In this document: positions 19,711-28,555 of the stretch, in pieces
Numbering within the stretch: the stretch's first letter is position 1
How the letters are laid out: each line of letters opens with the position of its first letter
Source of the DNA: Marispirochaeta sp.
Lineage (GTDB): Bacteria > Spirochaetota > Spirochaetia > JC444 > Marispirochaetaceae
Direction of reading: 5' to 3'
Assembly (NCBI GenBank): GCA_963676835.2
Contig: CAXXFF010000002.1
Coordinates: 288,001-352,000, forward strand
Length of the DNA: 64,000 bases
Notes under the pieces: generated by a model
What the model saw: only the letters and a program-made list of their open reading frames with translations
The model's database searches: none
Told to the model about the DNA's origin: nothing
Program-made: the position numbers and the translations under genes

Positions 19711-21498
19711 GTGAAAGTACTCAACGATGCATCTAAAACAGACCTGCAGAAAAAGCTCACCGACCTGATTAACGATACAGAGGTGACCTATACATCTCTT
19801 GCCGAGATCTACCCGAAACTGCTGGAAGAAGTGAATAACGGCTTTGCCCGCTCAGACCAGCAGATAAGCCTTATAGCTGCGGAAGGCGGAAACGGACTTG
19901 ATGCCCTGCATATGATCATGGATAAAGCCCGGCTGTGTATTGAAAATGCCCACAGCAGCTTCAATGATCTCAGTACCGAAGATGCCCGTCTTCTGAATAT
20001 TCTGAAAGAGAGCATCGGGCGGCTGGATATCCTGGAGGAGCTGATAAACAGCATTACCTTCAACACGGAAGAGATGGAACTTATTTCTCTTAATGCCATG
20101 GTGGTAGCCCTTAAAGCGGGTCATGAGGGAGGCGGCTTCTCCCATGTGACCGATGAGCTTCGCCGAATATCCGGCCGCACAATTAACGATGCGAAACTCC
20201 TGACCCAGGAAGGAAAACAGATTCAGGCTTATTTCGAAGAAGTACAGACCACAGCGGATACTATTTCAAGTCAGCAGGATGCTATCTTCAGCCGGTTCGG
20301 CATGAAACTCTTCGAGCATTTTAAAACCATCGAAGACCGGCTGACAGCAATCGTTAACTTCTTTACCGAACTTCGCAGCCGGGCTGAAGATATCCAGAAC
20401 TCTCTCTATACCATAATGGAAGCCATTCAGGCACAGGATCTTATTCGGCAAACAATAGACCATATAAAACTAACCCTGGAAAAAGTTCAGGATATTGAGG
20501 AACACAGTACAGATCAGGAGAATCTGATTCTGGATGAATATACCTTTCTTGAGCAGGTAGCCAATCTGGGGGCATTTCTTCTTGAGAATATCTCCGGAAC
20601 CATTCTGGAAAACCATGAGACCTTTCTTTCCGGAATTCATAAAATCCGTCAAACCGTAGAAAAAATAGAAAACGAACGTGACTCTTTTGTAACCCGCCAG
20701 ATTGAAGGAGGGAATTATGAGAGAGGCATAAGCCAGCTGCTGATGGAATCCGAAGAAGAGCTGGGAATAATGCTCCGGGACACCCGTAAGGTTCCAAAGC
20801 TGAAACAGACCATGCGTACAGCAAACAGCTCATTTATAGGACGCATTCAGGGGCTGGAAGAAGGCTTTCAGAGTTTCGCCAATCAGATAGGCAGATTCCG
20901 TAATATAAACATTGCTGCCCGGATCGAAGTGGCTAAACGACAGATTCTCAAAGGCATGGAAGCCACGGTACACGAAATGAGGGAACTTACAGACAGCATT
21001 TTCAGTTCTGTTGAACAGGCCCTTGGCACTACCACCGAGTTTATCGAATCTGCCCAGGAGGCAGAAACAGGCTTCAAGGCATCGTACAGGAAAGAAACCG
21101 ATCTGGTTGAAACATTTACCTCTGATATTCAGCAGCTGTATGGAAAACTCAAGGATACTAATGATGAAATAGTATCCACCATGCGGGGTTTCTCTCTATT
21201 CACCTACCAGTTTCGGGAACTTTGTGATGTAACCGAGCATAGTGCAGAAAATCTCAGAGCCCTGAGCATGAAAGCCCGGGGAATAATGGAACTCTTTGAA
21301 AAAACTGCCAGGAACGCCGCGGCCCGGAAAGAACAGATTATGAAAGAACGGGGCATTGAGACATGGGAGATCCACGAACAGAGGCTGCAGGAAACCGTTC
21401 AGGAGTTCACCATCTATGCCCATAAAGCAAGGGCGGGAGAAATTGCCGGATTTACCGTGGAAGAGGGAACCACCGAGGGAGATGTAACCTTCTTCTGA
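19711..21498 (+). CDS. Soluble MCP-like chemoreceptor with two signalling-tip motifs
   Basis: ISLNAMVVALKAGHEGGGFSHVTDELRRIS and a second NINIAARIEVAK; no TM segment; ends GDVTFF; GTG 19711 lies 7 nt after TATAAT. Confidence 0.7.
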   Translation: MKVLNDASKTDLQKKLTDLINDTEVTYTSLAEIYPKLLEEVNNGFARSDQQISLIAAEGGNGLDALHMIMDKARLCIENAHSSFNDLSTEDARLLNILKESIGRLDILEELINSITFNTEEMELISLNAMVVALKAGHEGGGFSHVTDELRRISGRTINDAKLLTQEGKQIQAYFEEVQTTADTISSQQDAIFSRFGMKLFEHFKTIEDRLTAIVNFFTELRSRAEDIQNSLYTIMEAIQAQDLIRQTIDHIKLTLEKVQDIEEHSTDQENLILDEYTFLEQVANLGAFLLENISGTILENHETFLSGIHKIRQTVEKIENERDSFVTRQIEGGNYERGISQLLMESEEELGIMLRDTRKVPKLKQTMRTANSSFIGRIQGLEEGFQSFANQIGRFRNINIAARIEVAKRQILKGMEATVHEMRELTDSIFSSVEQALGTTTEFIESAQEAETGFKASYRKETDLVETFTSDIQQLYGKLKDTNDEIVSTMRGFSLFTYQFRELCDVTEHSAENLRALSMKARGIMELFEKTARNAAARKEQIMKERGIETWEIHEQRLQETVQEFTIYAHKARAGEIAGFTVEEGTTEGDVTFF

Positions 21499-21573
21499 TA
21501 CCTGCTTGACAAGAGCAGTCAGTCACGCCTAGGATTGCTCACAGACAGTGTCAGATAGAATCAAGGAGTCCCT

Positions 21574-22896
21574 ATGAAACGCCCTGCGGCCGTGGCAATA
21601 CTCGGATGCGGTACCGTTGGCGGTGCAACCGCCGAGCTGCTGGTAAAAGAACAGGATAATCTAAAGAAAAAAACCGGAACAGAGATAGAACTTCGCTATA
21701 TTGTCGATAAAGATTTCTCCCACGCAAAAAAACTCAACCTCGATCCTTCTCTTTTTACAGAGGACCTCGATAAGGCCCTGGCAGACCCGGATGTTGCCGT
21801 GGTAGTTGAACTTATCGGAGGCACAGGAATCGCGAAAACCCTTACGGAAAAGATACTCCGGGCCGGAAAGAAGGTTGTTACCGCCAATAAAGCTCTTCTG
21901 GCAAAGCATGGTGTGGAGCTTATGTCCATTGCCCGCGAGTCCGGAAGCTCAATCTCTTTTGAAGCCTCCTGCGGCGGTGGGATTCCCATCATCCGCGCCC
22001 TGTATGACGGGATCCTTGCCAACCGTATCGATGCCTTTTACGGTATTGTAAACGGAACCTGCAACTATATCCTCACCGAGATGATACAGAAGGGAAACAG
22101 CTATGATGTAGCCCTTAAAGAGGCCCAGGCCGACGGCCTTGCAGAAGCAGACCCTACCCTGGATGTTACCGGAGGGGATTCTGCCCATAAGCTTGCAATC
22201 ATGTCCTCCCTCGCGTTCTCTCAGCAGGTCAACCTCGATGAGATTCCCACCGGCGGAATAGATAACCTGAAGCTTACTGATCTCAATTTCGGCAAAGAGC
22301 TTGGATACGTGGTCAAACTGCTTGCCATTGCACAAAGCAACGGCGACGGGCTCTCTTTACGGGTACGCCCTGCTTTTATCTCAACCGAGCATCCTCTGGC
22401 CTGGGTTTCCGGCCCCTTTAATGCTGTAAGCGTATACGGTCACGCCGTAGGACACACCATGTATTACGGCCGGGGTGCCGGAGGTAGCCCCACCGCAAGC
22501 GCTGTAGTTGCGGATGTTATTTCCGCTTGTCTTGGAACAGCAGACCTGCTTTTCAACAGCCTGAACATCTGGCCAGACCGTACAGCCCCGGCTTCCCAGC
22601 TTGCTCCGGAAGAGACAATTGGACGATTCTATGTCCGTCTTATGGTTGAAGACAAACCCGGAACCTTTGCCCGAATTGCCGATATATTCGGCAAGAACAA
22701 TATTTCCCTCTCTTCGGTTCTGCAGAAGGAACCCCATCAGAACAGACCGGATGTTCTTCCGGTGGTAATAACCACCCATAGTGTCCGTGAAGGCGACCTG
22801 AGGGCTGCCCTTGCCGCTCTGGAGAACCTGCCGGTGGTTAAAGAACCTGCAGTCTGCATAGAAATTCTTGACGAACACGAAGAAGAATTCGCATAA
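21574..22896 (+). CDS. hom: Homoserine dehydrogenase with ACT domain
   Basis: GCGTVG, VVTANKAL, FEASCGGGIPII, GIVNGTCNYIL, AEADPTLDV, EDKPG. Confidence 0.96.
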   Translation: MKRPAAVAILGCGTVGGATAELLVKEQDNLKKKTGTEIELRYIVDKDFSHAKKLNLDPSLFTEDLDKALADPDVAVVVELIGGTGIAKTLTEKILRAGKKVVTANKALLAKHGVELMSIARESGSSISFEASCGGGIPIIRALYDGILANRIDAFYGIVNGTCNYILTEMIQKGNSYDVALKEAQADGLAEADPTLDVTGGDSAHKLAIMSSLAFSQQVNLDEIPTGGIDNLKLTDLNFGKELGYVVKLLAIAQSNGDGLSLRVRPAFISTEHPLAWVSGPFNAVSVYGHAVGHTMYYGRGAGGSPTASAVVADVISACLGTADLLFNSLNIWPDRTAPASQLAPEETIGRFYVRLMVEDKPGTFARIADIFGKNNISLSSVLQKEPHQNRPDVLPVVITTHSVREGDLRAALAALENLPVVKEPAVCIEILDEHEEEFA

Positions 22897-22987
22897 CAAC
22901 AAAAGTTTGATTATTATTACATAAATCATTATGCGTTGCCCCGGCGGCCGGTTCGGCCGTCCATGGCACGGCTACCGGAGGTAGAGC

Positions 22988-25504
22988 ATGGAAAAAAAGA
23001 GTCTTTCCATCCCGACACGTCAGGGTCATGACGCTGAGTCGATTGCCTGGGGCTACGCAGAACATCTGAAATTTACCCTCGGCGTAGACCGTTACTCTTC
23101 ATCAAACTTTGACCGCTACATGGCCCTCGCCCTGGCGGTGAAAGACCGGCTGATCAACCAGTGGATGAAAACCCAGCAGACCCACCATCTGCAGAAGGTT
23201 AAAAGAATATACTATCTCTCCCTGGAGTTCCTTATCGGCCGCTCCATGGGAAACAACGTTATTAACATGGGTCTGCAGAAAGCAGTGGAAGATGCCATGG
23301 CTGAGCTTGGCTATACCTGGGAAGAACTCCGGGAGGAAGAGATTGATGCAGGCCTTGGAAACGGCGGTCTCGGCCGTCTGGCAGCCTGTTTTCTTGATTC
23401 CATGGCCACCCTGAACCTGCCCTCCTTCGGCTACGGCCTCCGCTATGATTATGGAATATTCCGCCAGCAGATTGAAAACGGCTGGCAGGTGGAACAGCCG
23501 GATGACTGGCTCCGCAGGGGCAACCCCTGGGAAATAGAACGTCCGGATATCGTAGTTCCCGTGAATTTCGGCGGAAAGATCGAAAGTTTTACCGACAAGG
23601 GGAAACGCCACTTTGTCTGGACTGAGACAAATCCTGTTCTGGCCATAGCATACGACACCCCGATTGTCGGCTACGGCGGCCAGACTGTTAATACCCTCAG
23701 GCTCTGGAGCGCACGGGCAGCAGAAGAATTTGATTTCAGCGAGTTTAACGAAGGCGACTATGTTGAGGCCGTGGCATCCAAAGTAAATGCCGAAAACCTT
23801 ACCAAAGTTCTCTATCCCAACGACAAACTGTATCTGGGCAAAGAGCTCCGGTTGCAGCAGCAGTATCTCTTTGTTGCAAGTTCCCTGGCGGATATCATCC
23901 GGCGTTTCAAAAAGGGCGGTGACCCCTGGACTGATTTCCCGAAATACAATGCAGTCCAGCTCAACGATACCCACCCGTCTCTTGCAGTACCCGAACTTAT
24001 GCGGCTGCTGGTAGATGAGAACCAGCTGGACTGGGACAGCGCCTGGGCCATAACCGTCAATACACTCGGGTACACCAATCACACCCTGATGCCGGAGGCC
24101 CTGGAAAAATGGCCTGTGCCCATGCTGGAAAAGCTGCTACCCCGACATCTTCAGATTATCTACGAAATCAACCACCGCTTTCTCCAGAGAGTTGCCATTG
24201 CATTTCCGGGAGACATGCAGCGGATGAACAGAATGAGTATCGTAGAAGAGGGAGATGTCAAACAGATCCGTATGGCAAACCTCTCGATAATCGGTTCCCA
24301 CTCAACCAACGGGGTGGCCGCCCTGCATACAGATCTGCTCAGATCAAATCTTGTACCCGATTTTGCTGCTCTATATCCGGAACGGTTCAACAATAAAACC
24401 AACGGGATAACCCAGCGGCGCTGGCTCCTAAAGGCAAATCCGGATCTCGCCTCTCTTATCACAGATACTATTGGAGACGGCTGGATTACCGATATGTCCC
24501 AGCTCAAGCAGCTAGTATCGTACGCCGACAACGAGAGCTTCCGCAGTCAATTTGAAGAGGTTAAAATAACTGCAAAAAAACATCTGGCGGAAATTCTCAA
24601 AAGGGAACACGGTTTTGATCTTGACCCGACATCCATCTTCGATGTGCAGATAAAGCGTATTCATGAGTATAAGAGACAATTCCTGAATGCCCTTCACATT
24701 GTAATGCTCTATAACCGTATCCGCGAAAAGGGGACCAAAGGCCTTGTTCCACGAACATTCCTGATAGCCGGCAAAGCTGCCCCGGGGTATATGCTGGCAA
24801 AACTGATCATTAAACTGATCAACAATATCAGCAGCGTGGTGAATAACGATCCAAAGGTGCGAAAATACCTGAGGGTCTATTTTGTTCCCAATTACCGTGT
24901 TTCATTAGCCGAAAAACTCTTTCCTGCGGCAGAGATTTCCCAGCAGATATCCACTGCCGGAACCGAGGCATCCGGCACGGGCAACATGAAATTCATGTGC
25001 AACGGCGCCCTTACCCTGGGGACCCTTGATGGTGCGAATATAGAGATTGTAGAGGAGGTTGGCAAAGAGAATGCCTTTATCTTCGGTCTTACCGCGGAGG
25101 AAGCTGCGGAACTCCGTCCGAAGTACAATCCCTTCGAATACTATAATAATGACCCGGAAATCAAAGCTGCGGTTGATCTGCTCTTTTCCGGCCATTTCAA
25201 TATTTCAGAACCCCATATTTTTGAACCCCTGCGGCAGGCACTCTTTGATCAGGGAGATCATTACATGAACCTTGCCGACCTGAGATCCTATGCAGATGCT
25301 CAGGAAGAGGTCCAGAAACTCTACCGGAACAGGGATGAGTGGAACAGAAAAGCAATTCTAAATATTGCCTGTTCCGGGAAATTCTCATCAGACCGGACTA
25401 TACTTGAATACGCGGAAGATATCTGGAACACCTCACCGTGTTCTGTTGACACCGCCCACGATCCCACAGACACCCTTGCAGAAGCAAGAAAAGTGGATAA
25501 ATAA
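22988..25504 (+). CDS. glgP: Glycogen/starch/alpha-glucan phosphorylase
   Basis: GLGNGGLGRLAAC, QLNDTHP, KRIHEYKRQ, EASGTGNMKF. Confidence 0.97.
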   Translation: MEKKSLSIPTRQGHDAESIAWGYAEHLKFTLGVDRYSSSNFDRYMALALAVKDRLINQWMKTQQTHHLQKVKRIYYLSLEFLIGRSMGNNVINMGLQKAVEDAMAELGYTWEELREEEIDAGLGNGGLGRLAACFLDSMATLNLPSFGYGLRYDYGIFRQQIENGWQVEQPDDWLRRGNPWEIERPDIVVPVNFGGKIESFTDKGKRHFVWTETNPVLAIAYDTPIVGYGGQTVNTLRLWSARAAEEFDFSEFNEGDYVEAVASKVNAENLTKVLYPNDKLYLGKELRLQQQYLFVASSLADIIRRFKKGGDPWTDFPKYNAVQLNDTHPSLAVPELMRLLVDENQLDWDSAWAITVNTLGYTNHTLMPEALEKWPVPMLEKLLPRHLQIIYEINHRFLQRVAIAFPGDMQRMNRMSIVEEGDVKQIRMANLSIIGSHSTNGVAALHTDLLRSNLVPDFAALYPERFNNKTNGITQRRWLLKANPDLASLITDTIGDGWITDMSQLKQLVSYADNESFRSQFEEVKITAKKHLAEILKREHGFDLDPTSIFDVQIKRIHEYKRQFLNALHIVMLYNRIREKGTKGLVPRTFLIAGKAAPGYMLAKLIIKLINNISSVVNNDPKVRKYLRVYFVPNYRVSLAEKLFPAAEISQQISTAGTEASGTGNMKFMCNGALTLGTLDGANIEIVEEVGKENAFIFGLTAEEAAELRPKYNPFEYYNNDPEIKAAVDLLFSGHFNISEPHIFEPLRQALFDQGDHYMNLADLRSYADAQEEVQKLYRNRDEWNRKAILNIACSGKFSSDRTILEYAEDIWNTSPCSVDTAHDPTDTLAEARKVDK

Positions 25505-25580
25505 GCCGGAGGGACTCAACTATTGACCCCTCCAAGTCGATGATGTTATCGTGAGTTCAAGAAAAAAAGATGGAGGACCT

Positions 25581-25892
25581 ATGCCGGCCAATGAAGAACA
25601 CCTCGATTTAGATGCCGCCACGTCCGGAAAAATTTACTGCGCCAACTGTGTTAACTGTAAGCTCGTACGCGAGGCACAGGGAGGGATGCGCTATTCCCTG
25701 CGTGTCCGCTGTGATGCAGGAAAATGGCGGAAAAAGCTTGGTGAAGAAAAAATTTACAAATACTTTACCGTCGCACGGCGCAGCCTTGATTCCTGTGATG
25801 CCTATGAACCCATGGGAGACCCCAAAGAGTTCATGAAGGAACTGAAAAAGAGCCTTCCCATAAAGGACGAAATCTATACAAGCCGCGATTAA
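25581..25892 (+). CDS. Conserved Cys-rich hypothetical protein
   Basis: GGAGG then ATG 25581; CANCVNC...C...C pattern. Confidence 0.7.
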   Translation: MPANEEHLDLDAATSGKIYCANCVNCKLVREAQGGMRYSLRVRCDAGKWRKKLGEEKIYKYFTVARRSLDSCDAYEPMGDPKEFMKELKKSLPIKDEIYTSRD

Positions 25893-25910
25893 TATGCTTA
25901 ACTTTTTCTC

Positions 25911-26330
25911 ATGATAAGGAAAATCACGGCTTTAAGCCTTTTACTGCCAGCTTTACTTCTATTCTCCTGCGTCGGGGTACCCGCACCGGAAGACATCCCG
26001 GATACTCTTACTCCCATGGAATATTTCCAGAAAGCCCAGGATGCTGTGGCCAGCCGGAACGACTATGACACCGCCCTGGTTTACTACAACACATTCAAGG
26101 AACGTTTTCCCCAGGACCTTCAGGGCAACGTTGAAGCTGATTATGAAATTGGCTTTATTCATTATAAACTGGGAGAATACCAGCAGGCCAAAGATATCCT
26201 CAAAAGCGTAGTTGCCAGGTACGAAACCGAAGAAGCGGCGAAACTGAAAGACTGGCCTCTTATCCTGTCCCGGAAGATACTTGCTAGAATCGATTCAATC
26301 GAATCCGCACAGCTGATACCCCAGGTCTGA
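25911..26330 (+). CDS. TPR lipoprotein (BamD-like)
   Basis: Lipobox LFSC; TPR pattern ERFP...EADYEIGFIHYKLGEY. Confidence 0.7.
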   Translation: MIRKITALSLLLPALLLFSCVGVPAPEDIPDTLTPMEYFQKAQDAVASRNDYDTALVYYNTFKERFPQDLQGNVEADYEIGFIHYKLGEYQQAKDILKSVVARYETEEAAKLKDWPLILSRKILARIDSIESAQLIPQV

Positions 26331-26379
26331 TACTATCCATTATTCTTTTCCCGATTCTGTCCTCAATTTCCATCAGCCA

Positions 26380-27492
26380 TTATTGGGGAAGAATTATGGT
26401 GTAGAGCTCAATAGAAAGGGCTTCAGCCTCAGCATAAACCTGTTCTTTTGTAACTTTTCCCCTTGGCCGCGGATGAGGCGGGGCGTCGCCTACAAGAATG
26501 ATCTTTCTGCTTTCCGCAGCCCAGGGGTATGATTTGATACCCGCATACAGGGCTTCGTACACGGCTTCAGGAATATCCCTGCCGCCGAATACCCTTATAT
26601 GATCCAGAATACGCTGAACAGTCTCTACTCCGCCTACCTGGAAGGGAAAGACATCGGTGATGTATTCCTCATCATAATCCTTATACAGAACGACACCCAC
26701 CCGAAGCATTGAAAAACCTTTTGCCTTTTCCTGAAGAAGCGGCACAAGGCTTCGGCGCAGGTGAGGAATATCATTTTCCATACTTTGAGTGGTATCTAGA
26801 GCCAGCACAAGATCAAGACTTCTGCCGTCAGTATCGTCAATAATCTCTTCAATCTTATCAACAATATCATCTTCGCCACGGCTGTAAATCAGTCGACCGG
26901 CCCCTTCATTACTGATCTCTGTATAAGCCGTTACAGTATCTTCCATATAGTTTCCTTCCGGAGGGCCAACAAAAGGTTTCTGCGCTACCTTCAGAATAAA
27001 AGGATTATCATGGAATTCTCCACTATAATCAGCATAGGATTTTTCAAATGCCCGCAGGCTCAGGTAGGTGCCGTCCAGGACCTGCACTTCACCATTACGT
27101 GACCATGGATACCCGTAAACGACCACATAGGGAATAAAAATATGGTAAACCTGCCCTAGGTCCTTATGCTGTTCTGCGTTAGAATCAATCAGAGAGAGTC
27201 CCCGTTTCTCAACCAGGAATTCACCGTCAAGCATCCTTTTTTCTGCGGTATCAGTCTGTCTTGCTGAAGGATCACGATATGCATAGCTGGCGGTCTCCCG
27301 AGTCGGATCCTCCGTTGATTCAGTCAGAAGAACAGATCCAAGCCCCGGGACAGCCTTGATATACAGGTCATACCCTCCGGACAAACTTTGCTCAATAACA
27401 ATATCTTCAGACCCGATCACCAGAGGATCACTGAACAGAGAACATAAGCAGAGCAGAAAAGTAAAAACAAAAACCGGCACCCGTGTTTCCAT
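26380..27492 (-). CDS. Exported vWA domain protein
   Basis: Signal peptide; DLVLALDTTQSM MIDAS, GGRDIPEAVYEAL, IILVGDAPPH. Confidence 0.85.
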   Translation of the reverse strand: METRVPVFVFTFLLCLCSLFSDPLVIGSEDIVIEQSLSGGYDLYIKAVPGLGSVLLTESTEDPTRETASYAYRDPSARQTDTAEKRMLDGEFLVEKRGLSLIDSNAEQHKDLGQVYHIFIPYVVVYGYPWSRNGEVQVLDGTYLSLRAFEKSYADYSGEFHDNPFILKVAQKPFVGPPEGNYMEDTVTAYTEISNEGAGRLIYSRGEDDIVDKIEEIIDDTDGRSLDLVLALDTTQSMENDIPHLRRSLVPLLQEKAKGFSMLRVGVVLYKDYDEEYITDVFPFQVGGVETVQRILDHIRVFGGRDIPEAVYEALYAGIKSYPWAAESRKIILVGDAPPHPRPRGKVTKEQVYAEAEALSIELYTIILPQ

Positions 27493-27499
27493 ACCTAAA

Positions 27500-27527
27500 T
27501 TATCGGCGCCGAAGCATCGAAGACTTA
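27500..27527 (-). promoter_or_regulatory. Putative sigma28 (FliA) promoter
   Basis: TAAG-N16-GCCGATAA, 7 nt upstream of the vWA gene ATG. Confidence 0.6.
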
Positions 27528-27570
27528 TGACTATTGGCGAGAAGGGCTTTTTCTACTACAATTCCCTTCT

Positions 27571-28017
27571 ATGAAGAGAATAATTATCGCCAATGACCAT
27601 GGCGCAGTTGCTATCAAGAACCAGATCGTAAAACATCTTGAATCCCGGGGATTCAGTGTAGACAATGTCGGAGTTGATTCAGAAGATTCCGTCGATTATC
27701 CCGACATGGCAGAAAAAGCCTGTAAACAGTTTCTTGAAGACGGCGGATATGAGTTTGGCATTGTCTGCTGCGGCACCGGAATCGGGATTTCCATCTCGGC
27801 CAATAAGATTAAAGGAATCCGCTGTGCCCTGCCTCAGAATTTGTTTGCCGCCCAGATGGCCAAAGAGCATAACAATGCAAACTTTATTGCCTTCGGCGGA
27901 CGCATTGATTATCCGGAAACAGTCGAAGAGATGGTGGACATCTTTATCGACACCGAATTCGGCGGCGACAGACATGCCCGCAGAATCAATAAAATGATGG
28001 GACTGGAAAACTGCTGA
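27571..28017 (+). CDS. rpiB: Ribose-5-phosphate isomerase B
   Basis: NDHG, SVDYPD, CGTGIGISISANKIKGIRCA, EHNNAN, GDRHARR. Confidence 0.95.
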   Translation: MKRIIIANDHGAVAIKNQIVKHLESRGFSVDNVGVDSEDSVDYPDMAEKACKQFLEDGGYEFGIVCCGTGIGISISANKIKGIRCALPQNLFAAQMAKEHNNANFIAFGGRIDYPETVEEMVDIFIDTEFGGDRHARRINKMMGLENC

Positions 28018-28033
28018 AAAACAGACAGACCGT

Positions 28034-28546
28034 TCAGAGTTCAACGATAGCCGGAAAGGGCGGAAGCAGCCAGTCCGGCGTCGTTCCCAGAAAATAGGTA
28101 AACCGGCGTTCAAAAGCGGGAATGAGGCTGCACAGGTCGAACCCCGCTTCGCACCGGTATACCAGACTGCCGCCCTTATTGAATGGCCGGTAGAAATAGC
28201 TGTTCTCCTCAACAGTTAATACATTTGCCTGCACACTGCAATCCGCAGAGTCCCAACTTTTCAGATCTTCCATATCTTCTTCAAGATAATAGACATCAAA
28301 ATGGTCATCTCTATATGAATACTCAGCCTTGAAATAGGAGGTAAGATCCTGCGGGGAAAAGGGCAATCCGGTCTCCCGATAGGGCCCCCTCTGAAGAATA
28401 AGAATGGAGCTTCCGACGTTATCTTCTGCCGTAAGGTGAGTTAGTGTCGCCGGAGAAAAAGGGGTTGAAAGAGGAAGGGAAAGAAGACTAAAGAGAAAAC
28501 CGGACAGAATCATACCGAGTATTCTGCCCGGTCTGGTTTTGAACAT
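28034..28546 (-). CDS. Hypothetical exported protein
   Basis: N-terminal hydrophobic segment; immediately downstream of glmS. Confidence 0.55.
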   Translation of the reverse strand: MFKTRPGRILGMILSGFLFSLLSLPLSTPFSPATLTHLTAEDNVGSSILILQRGPYRETGLPFSPQDLTSYFKAEYSYRDDHFDVYYLEEDMEDLKSWDSADCSVQANVLTVEENSYFYRPFNKGGSLVYRCEAGFDLCSLIPAFERRFTYFLGTTPDWLLPPFPAIVEL

Positions 28547-28555
28547 AAACTGGTG

